Under the pieces are notes generated by a model that was not told the origin of the DNA, searched no databases, and saw only the letters and a list, made by a program, of their open reading frames with translations. DNA of 64,000 bases from positions 363,757 to 427,756 of the forward strand of contig OY969414.1 in the NCBI GenBank assembly GCA_963699155.1, in the 5' to 3' direction. This DNA comes from an uncultured Chlamydiales bacterium (GTDB lineage Bacteria > Chlamydiota > Chlamydiia > Chlamydiales > JAAKFR01). The position numbers and the translations under genes were made by a program. Shown here piece after piece: positions 1 through 9,421 of this stretch (position 1 is the first letter of the stretch; the number at the start of each line of letters is the position of its first letter).

Positions 1-705
1 ACCGATCATAGAGAGTTTATGGCTATGCACAGGGGCTCCCGAAATTTTGGGGATAAAATAGTAGGCAGCTGCCAAACCCATCGGAGTGAAGATGAGACCG
101 ACAAGATTGTGCACATAAAAGAAGCTGGTGTTGACGCGTGAAATACCCTGTGGCACCCACTCGACTGCAAAATTGCCCACAATGAAGGTGAAGGTGGTCC
201 AGACCAATGTGCCCATGACATACCAGACAGAGACATACATCTGTTGGTGGCGACGTCTCAGAATGGTCATCATCAGATTGACCGCTATGAGAACCCAGGC
301 AAAAGCGATCAAGAGCTTGATGGGAAGAAAGCCAAAGAGCCATTTTGGCATCTCTGCATACTCCCAGCCAAAGTTGTTTCCTAAAGGAAGAGAAAAGGCC
401 CCTAGAATGAGCGTGGGCCACCATATAAAGCTGGCAATCGTGGCCAACTTTACACTCCATAGAGGGACGCCACATAGTCTTGGGATAAAATAGTACATCA
501 GTCCGATGTTAGAAGAGAGAAGCCATAATAGCGTGACCACAGTGACATGGACCGGCCGCACTCTGCCGAAATGGATATATTCGCCAGCAAATGTGTCGGG
601 CTTCAAAAATCCATTGTAGGAGAGAAAAATCCCGATGAAGAGGCCCACCAGTAAAAAGAGGATAGCTGGGTAGAGCATCTGTTTGACAGGCAGATCATTG
701 TACAT
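1..705 (-). CDS. ccoN: cbb3-type cytochrome c oxidase subunit I (N-terminal part; runs off window edge)
   Basis: Not in ORF track. Manual translation from ATG at 705: MYNDLPVKQMLYPAILF...HFGRVRPVHV...QMYVSVWY...FYVHNLVGLIFTP...YYFIPKISGAPVHSHKLSMIG, matching the CcoN FGRLRPxH and GHNAVG..YYFxPK motifs; start overlaps the upstream gene's stop. Confidence 0.88.
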   Translation of the reverse strand, partial: MYNDLPVKQMLYPAILFLLVGLFIGIFLSYNGFLKPDTFAGEYIHFGRVRPVHVTVVTLLWLLSSNIGLMYYFIPRLCGVPLWSVKLATIASFIWWPTLILGAFSLPLGNNFGWEYAEMPKWLFGFLPIKLLIAFAWVLIAVNLMMTILRRRHQQMYVSVWYVMGTLVWTTFTFIVGNFAVEWVPQGISRVNTSFFYVHNLVGLIFTPMGLAAAYYFIPKISGAPVHSHKLSMIG

Positions 706-3391
706 ACTTATCTTCCCATTTCGCTTTAAAATTGGTGTAGAGCTTTTTCTCCGCTTCGTCCCGAGCCTCTTCGACCTTCTTATCGAGTAGATCTGAAAAA
801 GCTTTACTTGAGCCTTTGCCTTCAATCAGCATGAGCAATGTTTGAATCACTTCGTCTGAAAAACCAGAGCTGATCGCTTGCTCGCCAAAGGCTGCGTAGA
901 GCTCTTTTTTACTTTTGATTGCGGCAATCTGCGTTTGATAATCTTCGCCCTCGCGATAATTTGCGTATACCTTTTGAATGGCGACATCAAATCGGTTGTA
1001 AAGGATCTCTTCGAGTTTGGTGCGCCAACAACCGGAGCGAGTCAAGTTGCGAATATAAAGAACGAGCTGCATACGTTGTGCAGCCGTTGTCTGATCCCCC
1101 CAAGGAGTCATCGCAGTGCCTGGAACGCCATATTTGATGGAGCGGAGTAGGCGCAGGTCATCCCTTGTTTGGATCCAGGGGAGATTGGTCAACATGCGCG
1201 GTTTTGCTTCCACCATGGAAGTGGCCCTGGGGCCTGTTCCTGTACCATCGTTGCCATGACAGGAGGCGCAATTGAGACCAAATAGCTGCTGGCCCGCTTC
1301 TAGATTGTCTGAGGTATAAAAGGCCTCTCGAATAAAGAGAGCGCCTGGGGATTTTTCTATAAAATAGCTAAGTTCATCATTTGGCTTAGGCAGCAGAAAA
1401 GACTTTTCCTTTTTCATCTCAGCCACGATATCCTCGGGCATATAGCGCCATTTGGCATCAGAGGCCACCTTTCGAGGGTCATAAGGGATGCCTTGATAGA
1501 GCCAATCGACGAGCTGCTCTGCTTGGGAGGTAGTGAGAACCCCTTTTCCCCATGGGGGCATCGGAGTGCCAGGGACGCCATGGAGCACCGATTCCACAGC
1601 TTTCTCTTTCGTCAAATGGGTTAAGAAGGTAGGATCCCGTAAATTTTTGGGAATCGGATAGATCCACTCCGCAATCACACCATTTCCTTGCCGCTGTCCC
1701 CCATGGCAGGAGCTGCAGAGCTGTTCATAGGCGAGGGCCGGGTTGAAGCCTTGCTCTTGGCAGACCTCCTGTAAAGCCTCTTGATTTTTCTGGCCGAATT
1801 GATGTAGCAGATGACTCAGCATATAGAACTTAGAATCGTCGAATGGTAAGGCGGGCATGATCGATCGCGCTGTGTAAGCGTTGGGATTACGGAAATGGCC
1901 AAGCAACCATGCATCATCTCGATAGAGGCCACTCCAATGAAGATGGGGAGCGATATCGCGTCCTAAACCATATTCTTCGATAAATGCGAGAAGCGCTCTG
2001 TGGAGCCGCTCTTGATTCTCATGATCCAATACCCTTGCAGCGTACTTGAAGGGGGTATAGAAGCTTTCAATCAAACCCGGGTGATGCGCATCGATCTCTT
2101 CGATCATGCCCTGCCGCTTGGAGTCGATATGAATGCGCGCGTCGATCTCTTCCGACAGATCAACCATTTTCTGGACTAACTGTGAACCCGAGAGCTGTTC
2201 GGGAAACTCTTCTCGAAACCAGGGGCGATCCGTGTTGACAGCGTTTGTGGTAAAGCCGCGCAGTTTATGGCAGGAGGCACATCCTTCACTGGCAAAGATC
2301 ATCTGCCCTTCGCGAGTGTCGCGGATGGCAATTGGGTTGACAGGCTCCTCCCAGGGCAGTTTTGCTCCTTTCTCCCATTCGCTCAAATGGATCGTATAAT
2401 CCATTTCAGATACCGCTTTGTTATTTCCTTTCTGAGCCATTAGGAAGGTCATCAGAGCAGCTATTTCTTCATGATCGAGCCGGAAATTGGGCATCGACGA
2501 TGAGGGAAGGTCAGCTTGAGGCCAGACGATCGACTCTTTCACATACCAGGGGTAGCTATTTCCCTCTTGAGTGAGCTCAGGACCGACAGAGGCACGAGAG
2601 TATCCAGAGATGCGGTGGCAACTGTAGCAGCCTTGTGAGACAAAAAGTTCTTTGCCTTGCACATAAGTGGGGGTCATTTGATCGACAACTTGACTTTTTG
2701 TAGGTTGGTGGCACTGGACACAATTGGCGGCGATGAGGGGCCCTGCCAAAATCGGCGTTGTTTGGAAGATGAGATCGTGGGAGGGCTTATCGTTGTACAT
2801 TCTGGAAAATGTAGGATCATGGTCAGGATCGACTTCAGTAAATTGTGGCTTGTGGCTACTATAAAAAGGCTTATAGGAGCCATCGTAGACGGGCCCATGA
2901 GCTCTTTCGGCGACGAGCGATCTTCCATTGCCGCTATGACAGCTGGAGCAGCCATACTGATCGAGCGGATGAAACTGAAAGGGGCGAGTCTCTCCTGGCA
3001 TCAGAGGGTGCATCTGCAGCACTTTTTCGAGATTCACAGGCTTCCCATCGACTTGCATGGTTTTGAAAGAGTCATCTACCCTATTCCAGATATAGTCGGG
3101 GGATGTTGGTGAAAAATGGGGAAGGTCGATGGCCACATGGCAAGAGGTGCAGCGATCGATTGTCTCAGGACCACCAGAGGGGTTATTGATCAGAATCTGT
3201 TTGATGCCTTTCTGAAAGGGAGCAGGCGCTTCACCCGTATAGGTAGAGCGGAATTTTTCAAGCTCGACATAGACATTCTGATACTTCTTATATTCGGGAA
3301 AGAGCTCTTGATAGACAAAGAGTCCAATCCCAATGACCACCAGGCCTGCAAAGAAGATGAGCGCGTATTGATAAAAGTTTTTTGTTTTCAT
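695..3391 (-). CDS. membrane-anchored multiheme cytochrome c (7 CxxCH)
   Basis: N-terminal TM helix; CTSCH, CSSCH, CVQCH, CYSCH, CASCH, CSSCH, CASCH; class I-like distal Met motifs (SSMP, SIMP, TPMP, TAMT). Confidence 0.9.
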   Translation of the reverse strand: MKTKNFYQYALIFFAGLVVIGIGLFVYQELFPEYKKYQNVYVELEKFRSTYTGEAPAPFQKGIKQILINNPSGGPETIDRCTSCHVAIDLPHFSPTSPDYIWNRVDDSFKTMQVDGKPVNLEKVLQMHPLMPGETRPFQFHPLDQYGCSSCHSGNGRSLVAERAHGPVYDGSYKPFYSSHKPQFTEVDPDHDPTFSRMYNDKPSHDLIFQTTPILAGPLIAANCVQCHQPTKSQVVDQMTPTYVQGKELFVSQGCYSCHRISGYSRASVGPELTQEGNSYPWYVKESIVWPQADLPSSSMPNFRLDHEEIAALMTFLMAQKGNNKAVSEMDYTIHLSEWEKGAKLPWEEPVNPIAIRDTREGQMIFASEGCASCHKLRGFTTNAVNTDRPWFREEFPEQLSGSQLVQKMVDLSEEIDARIHIDSKRQGMIEEIDAHHPGLIESFYTPFKYAARVLDHENQERLHRALLAFIEEYGLGRDIAPHLHWSGLYRDDAWLLGHFRNPNAYTARSIMPALPFDDSKFYMLSHLLHQFGQKNQEALQEVCQEQGFNPALAYEQLCSSCHGGQRQGNGVIAEWIYPIPKNLRDPTFLTHLTKEKAVESVLHGVPGTPMPPWGKGVLTTSQAEQLVDWLYQGIPYDPRKVASDAKWRYMPEDIVAEMKKEKSFLLPKPNDELSYFIEKSPGALFIREAFYTSDNLEAGQQLFGLNCASCHGNDGTGTGPRATSMVEAKPRMLTNLPWIQTRDDLRLLRSIKYGVPGTAMTPWGDQTTAAQRMQLVLYIRNLTRSGCWRTKLEEILYNRFDVAIQKVYANYREGEDYQTQIAAIKSKKELYAAFGEQAISSGFSDEVIQTLLMLIEGKGSSKAFSDLLDKKVEEARDEAEKKLYTNFKAKWEDKYVQ

Positions 3392-3429
3392 GTAAGAAAA
3401 TCAATACAACGTGGCAAAGGTTTTATTAA

Positions 3430-3536
3430 AAATTCAACGCAAAGACGCAAAGACGCAGAGACGCTAAGAAAAATAGGGCGCTTCGCGTACCCTCTTTCTT
3501 TGTGTCTCTGCGTCTTTGCGTCTTTGCGTTGAATTT
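3430..3536. repeat. REP/MITE-like palindrome with 33-bp perfect arms
   Basis: AAATTCAACGCAAAGACGCAAAGACGCAGAGAC (3430-3462) is the exact reverse complement of 3504-3536. Confidence 0.9.
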
Positions 3537-3561
3537 CCATATAGAATTACGGCTCGCTGCT

Positions 3562-4890
3562 TTAGTGTTTGGCAAAGTTTTCGGTCCAAGGCCAGATCCA
3601 GGCCCAATTGGGTCCTCTAAAAAAGACACCGATGACGACAAGAACCCCTTGCACAGTCATAAAGGCGGTGTAGAGAAAAATGGCGAGATAGCGGCTGCGG
3701 TGGAACCAGACCCCTTCACCGTAAGGGTTGCGATCAAAATAGGGGATGAGGGCGAGGCCGATGACAATGAGGGAGGGAATGGCAACGCCACCCCAGAAGG
3801 CATTATAAGCCACCATCTCCTGAAGTCCTAAGAAATACCAAGGTGCTTTTGCCGGATTGGTCGGCTTGGAGGGGTTGGCAATCTCCTCTAGAGGCGCATC
3901 AATGAAGAGCGAGAGAAGGAGCACCAGGAGAGTTGTGCCTAGAAATACGACGAGCTCCGCTCTTAAAAGGTGGGGCCAGGTAAAGATATAGTTTTCGGGC
4001 CCACGATCTACTGTTGGGCATGAACCGCGCACCAGCTCCATCAAGCCGTAGGTACGTCTAAGGCCCGGTGCAAAGGTCTCTTTGGTATCAGAGCGCTGCA
4101 CCACACGGTAAGGATCGGGGCGCACTTGATCGGGAGCTCTCGCTAATCCCCCATCTTTGCGGATGCGCCAAAAGTGAACACCGAGGAGGGTCCCTGCCAA
4201 CAACGGGAGCACCATGACATGGAGGACATAGAAGCGAATCAGGGCATCTTGGCCCACAGTTGTAGATCCTAAAAGCATCAATTTGTTGATGTTATATTGC
4301 ATGCCCGGGATTCCCGGCACATAGCCAGCAATTTCGGAACCGACAGTGATTGCCCAGAAGGCCAATTGATCCCAGGGGAGAAGATAGCCAGTAAACGAAA
4401 GAAAAAGGGTGACGACCATTAAGAGGACGCCGATCACCCAATTGAACTTGCGCTCTCCTTTATAGGCTCCCATATAAAAGACGCGGCTCATATGGAGGAA
4501 GACGAAGAGCACCATCAACTGCGCACTCCATCGATGCATATTGCGCCACATCATGGCAAATGGGGTGGTGTCGAGCCAATCGACCAAGATAAGATAGGCA
4601 CGATCGACGGCGGGGATGTAGAAGAACATGAGGACCACACCGGTGATCACTAAAATGAAAAAGAGAGAAGCGGTGATCGTACCGAGCCCTAGGGTGTGGA
4701 GAGGATCTGTTACTTTTTTGTGGCATTTGACGGGATGGATATGGAGAAAGAAGTTTTTAAAGATAACCTCCGACCTATCGACATCGTTGTTAGGATAGCG
4801 ATGTCGAAAAATGGAACGTAGAAATCTGACTGGAAAGGTCTCCACCAGTTCTAAGAATGATTCTTTTTTTCTTCCTTTAAAGGTTGCCAT
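3562..4890 (-). CDS. petB: cytochrome b (b6-like domain fused to subunit IV-like domain) of a Rieske/cytb complex
   Basis: MHRWSAQLMV..LHMSRV, SFTGYLLPWDQ, RFYVLHVMVLP..GVHF heme ligands; PAKAPWYF (PEWY equivalent); start set to ATG 4890, just after the Rieske stop. Confidence 0.92.
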   Translation of the reverse strand: MATFKGRKKESFLELVETFPVRFLRSIFRHRYPNNDVDRSEVIFKNFFLHIHPVKCHKKVTDPLHTLGLGTITASLFFILVITGVVLMFFYIPAVDRAYLILVDWLDTTPFAMMWRNMHRWSAQLMVLFVFLHMSRVFYMGAYKGERKFNWVIGVLLMVVTLFLSFTGYLLPWDQLAFWAITVGSEIAGYVPGIPGMQYNINKLMLLGSTTVGQDALIRFYVLHVMVLPLLAGTLLGVHFWRIRKDGGLARAPDQVRPDPYRVVQRSDTKETFAPGLRRTYGLMELVRGSCPTVDRGPENYIFTWPHLLRAELVVFLGTTLLVLLLSLFIDAPLEEIANPSKPTNPAKAPWYFLGLQEMVAYNAFWGGVAIPSLIVIGLALIPYFDRNPYGEGVWFHRSRYLAIFLYTAFMTVQGVLVVIGVFFRGPNWAWIWPWTENFAKH

Positions 4891-4894
4891 ATTT

Positions 4895-5389
4895 TTACAC
4901 CGTCGGTGAATACCATGCCTCATGGGCCAGAGCGACCTCCTGGCTTTTATCGACCAGGAGTTCTCCTGAAGCCCCTTTATAAATTTTGTAATAGACAAGT
5001 GGCCTTGGAGCCGGCCCTCCAGTATTTTTTCCATCTGTACTATAGGTGGAACCGTGGCAGGGACACTTAAAACCGGTCTCCACAGCATTGATGGTGCATC
5101 CCAAGTGGGTACAGATGGCCGTCATGCAACGGACGCGCCCTCGAGAGACTTCTAAAAAGACCTTTTGAGCAGGGAGAAAGACCCTTCCTTCCGACGAGAG
5201 CACATCAACAGGCCTGCCTATGGAGAATACACTGGGAGGGATCTTTAACGCATTGGGATAGAGAAAACCTAATATCGCTGCGCCCAAAAGGCCTCCGACG
5301 CTCGCCACAGCTCCCCAACCGATCAATGACAGGAAGCGCCGACGTGACATTTTGTTTTCATCGTTTAAGCTATTCCGGAATTTAGGCAT
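4895..5389 (-). CDS. Rieske [2Fe-2S] subunit
   Basis: Tat motif SRRRFL plus TM helix; CTHLGC and CPCHGSTY boxes; GGPAPRPL loop; start ATG 5389 (or 5350). Confidence 0.93.
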   Translation of the reverse strand: MPKFRNSLNDENKMSRRRFLSLIGWGAVASVGGLLGAAILGFLYPNALKIPPSVFSIGRPVDVLSSEGRVFLPAQKVFLEVSRGRVRCMTAICTHLGCTINAVETGFKCPCHGSTYSTDGKNTGGPAPRPLVYYKIYKGASGELLVDKSQEVALAHEAWYSPTV

Positions 5390-5525
5390 CTTCTTTCTCT
5401 CTAAACATTTGATATTTGGGATCTTCTGGATCTTCGAACTGCCCACGTCGGATGTAATAGAGGAAGACGAGGAGTCCGCCCAAACCACCCACTAGCGTCA
5501 AAAGCAAAAACCAGAACACTTCCAT
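5382..5525 (-). CDS. ccoS: cbb3 oxidase maturation protein CcoS/FixS-like (47 aa)
   Basis: Manual translation MEVFWFLLLTLVGGLGGLLVFLYYIRRGQFEDPEDPKYQMFREKEDA*; single TM plus GQF(E/D)D motif; TGATG coupling to upstream stop. Confidence 0.75.
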   Translation of the reverse strand: MEVFWFLLLTLVGGLGGLLVFLYYIRRGQFEDPEDPKYQMFREKEDA

Positions 5526-7357
5526 CAGCCTATCCACCTAAAAGAGTAGTTCATCAGATCCATCGTCACCGCTTGCGTGGGGCATTTTTCAGCGCAGAGA
5601 CCACAACGGATGCAGAGATCCTCATCTTTAAGCATGGCAGATCCAAGGAGATCCAATTCCTGTTCAGAGATCGCAGCCGAATCGATTCCATAGTGGTTGT
5701 CGACCGCTTTTCGTAACTCTCCATGGCCCAGATCGAGATTCATTTTTGAGAGCGGAATCAGCTTGAGACAATTGGTAGGGCAGACGTCGACGCAGCCATT
5801 GCATTTGATGCAGAGGCTTCCATCAAACACTGGCGAGACATGGCACTGCAAACAGCGCCCTGCCTGCTCATGCACCTCTTTGGGAGAATAGTTGTTTTCG
5901 ACCAAATTGAGATTGCGTCGTCTCAGGTGTGCAGGCTGGCCAGAAGGCAGTGCCCAGGAGGTGCGCAGGTAGCTCTTATCCCTTTGAGGAGGGATCGTCA
6001 TAAAGAGACCGACAAACTCTTGGTAAGGCCTTGTCCCTCTCAAATCAGCATCGATGGCCCTTGCCGCCTCTTGTCCATGGCGGACCGCAGTGATAAAAAG
6101 CGCCGGTCCAAAGGCTGCGTCGCCTCCTGCATAGATCCCTTTGACAGAGGTCCTTCCGCTCCCTTTTTCTGTTTTAAGGATGCCCCGCTCCATGGTCAAT
6201 TCACCTTTTTTGTCCCAACCATCGAAAAGGCTGAGATCCATCGCCTGGCCAATCGCAAGCGCGATCGTATCACAAGGGATGACATATTCCGTTTCAGGAA
6301 TGAATGTAGGGGCAAATTTCCCATCGGCATCGAAAAGAGTATAGACCCTTTGGACTTTGATACCACAAATTTTCCCCGCTCCATTCCTCTCGACATCGAC
6401 AGGGCCTACGCGATTGATCAGCCGAATGCCCTCTTCAATGCCATCCTCGATCTCAAATTCATCGGCTGTCTGTTCATTTCTGGATTCGAGGCAGATCATC
6501 GTCACCGATTCAGCCCCATTTCTCACAGAAGAGCGCGCCACGTCGAAGGCAACATTGCCGCCCCCCACAACAACGACATGTTTGCCAATTTTCCACTTCT
6601 CATGAGCATTGAGAACCCTTAAATACTCGACGCCGCGGATGACATCGGCCTCTTCGAAGCTGGGAATGGGCAGATCGCGCGATTTCCATAAACCATTTCC
6701 CAAAAAAATGGCATCGAACTGCTCTTGCAGCTCTGTGAGCGTGATATCGCGGCCCACCTTGGTGTTGTAATGGATTTTGGCGCCCAAATGCTCGATCGCC
6801 GCGCACTCATGGATGGGAATCTCATTTTTCAAGCGGTAATTGGGCACACCATAGACCAGCATTCCGCCCGGCATCGCCATCTGTTCGAAGAGCTCTACCT
6901 GATACCCCAAGCGCAAAAGATCGTGAGCGCAGGTCAGCGAAGCCACTCCCGCACCCACAGAGGCCACTTTCAAGCCATTTGGCTGAGGCTTTGTAGAACC
7001 CCTCGCATAGCTATATTCGAGCGACTTGATGTGGGCCTCCCTATCCAGCCCAAACCATTCATCCAGATACCTTTTCTGCGCCCGTATCGTCAGCGTCTTG
7101 TCAACCCGATCTCTCCGGCAGGCCATCTCGCACGGCGCCCCGCAGATAATCCCACAGACCGAAGCAAAAGGATTTGGCCCACGCGCAATCTTATATCCCT
7201 CCAACAAATTCCCCGACCGTATGGCCAACATATAGCCCCTACCATCGGTATTGACAGGGCATCCATCCCTGCAATCGATCTGTCGAATGAAATAGGCAAG
7301 ATCTGGGATGACTACATCATAAACTTCGCGGTAAGCCTTCTTAATCTTCTCATCCAT
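5525..7357 (-). CDS. FAD/NAD(P)-dependent oxidoreductase, GltD/DsrL-like, with C-terminal 2x[4Fe-4S] ferredoxin domain
   Basis: CRDGCP and CGIICGAPCEMAC Fe-S motifs; VGAGVAS FAD site; VVGGGNVAFD NAD(P) site; CIKCNGCVDVCP and CIRCGLCAEKCP. Confidence 0.9.
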   Translation of the reverse strand: MDEKIKKAYREVYDVVIPDLAYFIRQIDCRDGCPVNTDGRGYMLAIRSGNLLEGYKIARGPNPFASVCGIICGAPCEMACRRDRVDKTLTIRAQKRYLDEWFGLDREAHIKSLEYSYARGSTKPQPNGLKVASVGAGVASLTCAHDLLRLGYQVELFEQMAMPGGMLVYGVPNYRLKNEIPIHECAAIEHLGAKIHYNTKVGRDITLTELQEQFDAIFLGNGLWKSRDLPIPSFEEADVIRGVEYLRVLNAHEKWKIGKHVVVVGGGNVAFDVARSSVRNGAESVTMICLESRNEQTADEFEIEDGIEEGIRLINRVGPVDVERNGAGKICGIKVQRVYTLFDADGKFAPTFIPETEYVIPCDTIALAIGQAMDLSLFDGWDKKGELTMERGILKTEKGSGRTSVKGIYAGGDAAFGPALFITAVRHGQEAARAIDADLRGTRPYQEFVGLFMTIPPQRDKSYLRTSWALPSGQPAHLRRRNLNLVENNYSPKEVHEQAGRCLQCHVSPVFDGSLCIKCNGCVDVCPTNCLKLIPLSKMNLDLGHGELRKAVDNHYGIDSAAISEQELDLLGSAMLKDEDLCIRCGLCAEKCPTQAVTMDLMNYSFRWIG

Positions 7358-7423
7358 AAAGAGTGAAGACCATACCACAGGGGCCCGGTCATTTCAAATT
7401 TGAAATCACGGAGTTTCTATTTT

Positions 7424-9421
7424 CTATTCGGGGCCACCGAGACGGAGCTCGGTGTTGGTGAATTGGTGCATGAGGTCGCGGTAGCGGGCGGCATCTTCGA
7501 AGCGATACTCCTTGGCGGCCTGTTTCATCAGCCGTTCGTACTCGCGGATCTTTTGTTCGAGATCTTTTTGGGTGAGATATTCTTGGGGCTTCTCGGCAGC
7601 GAGAGAAGCTGCGCCGATGGGTACTTCTTTGGCGCCCATTTCGATGCCAAGGTCGCGTTTGATCGTTCTGGGGATGATGTTGTGTTCTTCATTATAAGCG
7701 ATCTGAATGCGGCGGCGTCTTTCGGTTGTGGTGAGGGTGCTTTTGATGGCGGTAGTCATCTTGTCAGCATACATGATGACGCGGCCCTCACTATTGCGTG
7801 CGGCCCGTCCGCAGGTTTGGATGAGAGCGGTTTCGCTGCGTAGAAAGCCCTCTTTGTCGGCGTCGAGGATGGCGACGAGGGAAACTTCGGGAAGATCGAG
7901 CCCTTCACGGAGCAGGTTGATGCCGACGAGAACGTCAAAGGTGCCGAGGCGTAGGTCTCGAAGGATTTGGACCCGCTCGAGTGTATCGATATCGGAGTGG
8001 AGATATTTGGCTTTGACATCGAGCTCGATGAGATACTTGGTAAGATCCTCGGCTAAACGCTTCGTGAGCGTGGTAACGAGGACGCGGCCTCCTCTTTCGG
8101 TGTGGGCGCGGATCTCTTCTAGGGCATCGTCGACCTGTCCATTGGCAGGGCGAACCTCGATGAGGGGATCGAGAAGGCCTGTCGGGCGGATGATCTGCTC
8201 GATGATCTCGCCCGCACTCTCGGCGACCTCCCATTTACCAGGCGTTGCCGAGACAAAAACGACCTGCTTCATCCTTTCATGGCTCTCCTCGAAGCGCAAA
8301 GGACGATTATCATATGCTGAAGGGAGGCGGAAGCCGAAATCGACTAAGGTCTGTTTGCGCGCACGGTCCCCATTGTACATGGCATGCAATTGGGGAATGG
8401 AGACATGGCTTTCGTCGATGACGAAGAGGAAGTCATTTGGGAAATAGTCGAGAAGGGTGGGAGGCGCATCTCCGGGACCTCTTCCCGAGAAGTGGCGGGA
8501 GTAATTTTCGATCCCCTTGCAAAAGCCGATCTCTTTGATCATCTCGAGATCGTATTGGGTCCTTTGTTGGATCCTCTCCCTTTCTAACAGCTTATGCTCC
8601 TGCTCAAAGAAGGCCATCCGCTCCTGAAGCTCCTGCTGGATAGTGATGTAGGCCTGCCGGCGTACATCTTCGGGTGTGACATAGTGCGAGCCGGGATAGA
8701 GGGTAAACTGGCTCAATCGCTCCTTGATTTTACCGGTGAGTGGATCGATCGCGCTGATCCTTTCGATTTCGTCGCCAAAAAATTCGATGCGGTAAGCGAG
8801 ATCTTCTTCATAGGCAGGATAGACCTCCAGGACATCCCCACGAACCCTAAAGATTCCCCTGAAAAAATCGTAATCATTCCGCTTATAATGCATCTCCACA
8901 AGGTGGAGGAGCATCTCATCGCGCCGTTTACTTGCTCCCACTTCGAATTCTAAAAGCATCTTTGCGTAGTGTTCAGGCAAACCCAAACCATAGATGCAAG
9001 AGACCGAGGCGACGATGATCACATCGCTCCTCTCGATCAAGGAGCGCGTCGCTGAAAGACGCATCTTGTCGATCTCATCGTTGATGGAGAGATCTTTTTC
9101 AATGTAGGTGTCTGTGCGAGGGATGTAGGCTTCGGGCTGATAGTAGTCGTAATAGGAGACAAAATACTCGACAGCATTCTCGGGAAAAAAGCCTTTAAAC
9201 TCCTGATAGAGCTGTGCAGCGAGAGTTTTGTTGTGGGCAAGAACGAGCGTCGGTTTCTGCACCTTCTGGATCACATTGGCCATGGTAAAGGTCTTTCCCG
9301 ACCCTGTTATCCCGAGCAACACTTGCGCTTTTTTGCCTTCGACAATGCCTTGGCTGATCTTTTCGATCGCTACAGGCTGGTCGCCGCAGGGTTGAAATTC
9401 GGTATGAAGTTTAAACTCCAT
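7424..9421 (-). CDS. uvrB: excinuclease ABC subunit B
   Basis: [40 protein letters not shown]-terminal UVR domain. Confidence 0.98.
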   Translation of the reverse strand: MEFKLHTEFQPCGDQPVAIEKISQGIVEGKKAQVLLGITGSGKTFTMANVIQKVQKPTLVLAHNKTLAAQLYQEFKGFFPENAVEYFVSYYDYYQPEAYIPRTDTYIEKDLSINDEIDKMRLSATRSLIERSDVIIVASVSCIYGLGLPEHYAKMLLEFEVGASKRRDEMLLHLVEMHYKRNDYDFFRGIFRVRGDVLEVYPAYEEDLAYRIEFFGDEIERISAIDPLTGKIKERLSQFTLYPGSHYVTPEDVRRQAYITIQQELQERMAFFEQEHKLLERERIQQRTQYDLEMIKEIGFCKGIENYSRHFSGRGPGDAPPTLLDYFPNDFLFVIDESHVSIPQLHAMYNGDRARKQTLVDFGFRLPSAYDNRPLRFEESHERMKQVVFVSATPGKWEVAESAGEIIEQIIRPTGLLDPLIEVRPANGQVDDALEEIRAHTERGGRVLVTTLTKRLAEDLTKYLIELDVKAKYLHSDIDTLERVQILRDLRLGTFDVLVGINLLREGLDLPEVSLVAILDADKEGFLRSETALIQTCGRAARNSEGRVIMYADKMTTAIKSTLTTTERRRRIQIAYNEEHNIIPRTIKRDLGIEMGAKEVPIGAASLAAEKPQEYLTQKDLEQKIREYERLMKQAAKEYRFEDAARYRDLMHQFTNTELRLGGPE

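Noticed and set aside
3426..3831. Short ORFs spanning the palindrome
   Set aside because: Translations of the repeat or antisense of cytochrome b
4891..5088. N-terminal extension of cytochrome b in the ORF track
   Set aside because: Overlaps the Rieske gene; ATG 4890 follows the Rieske stop
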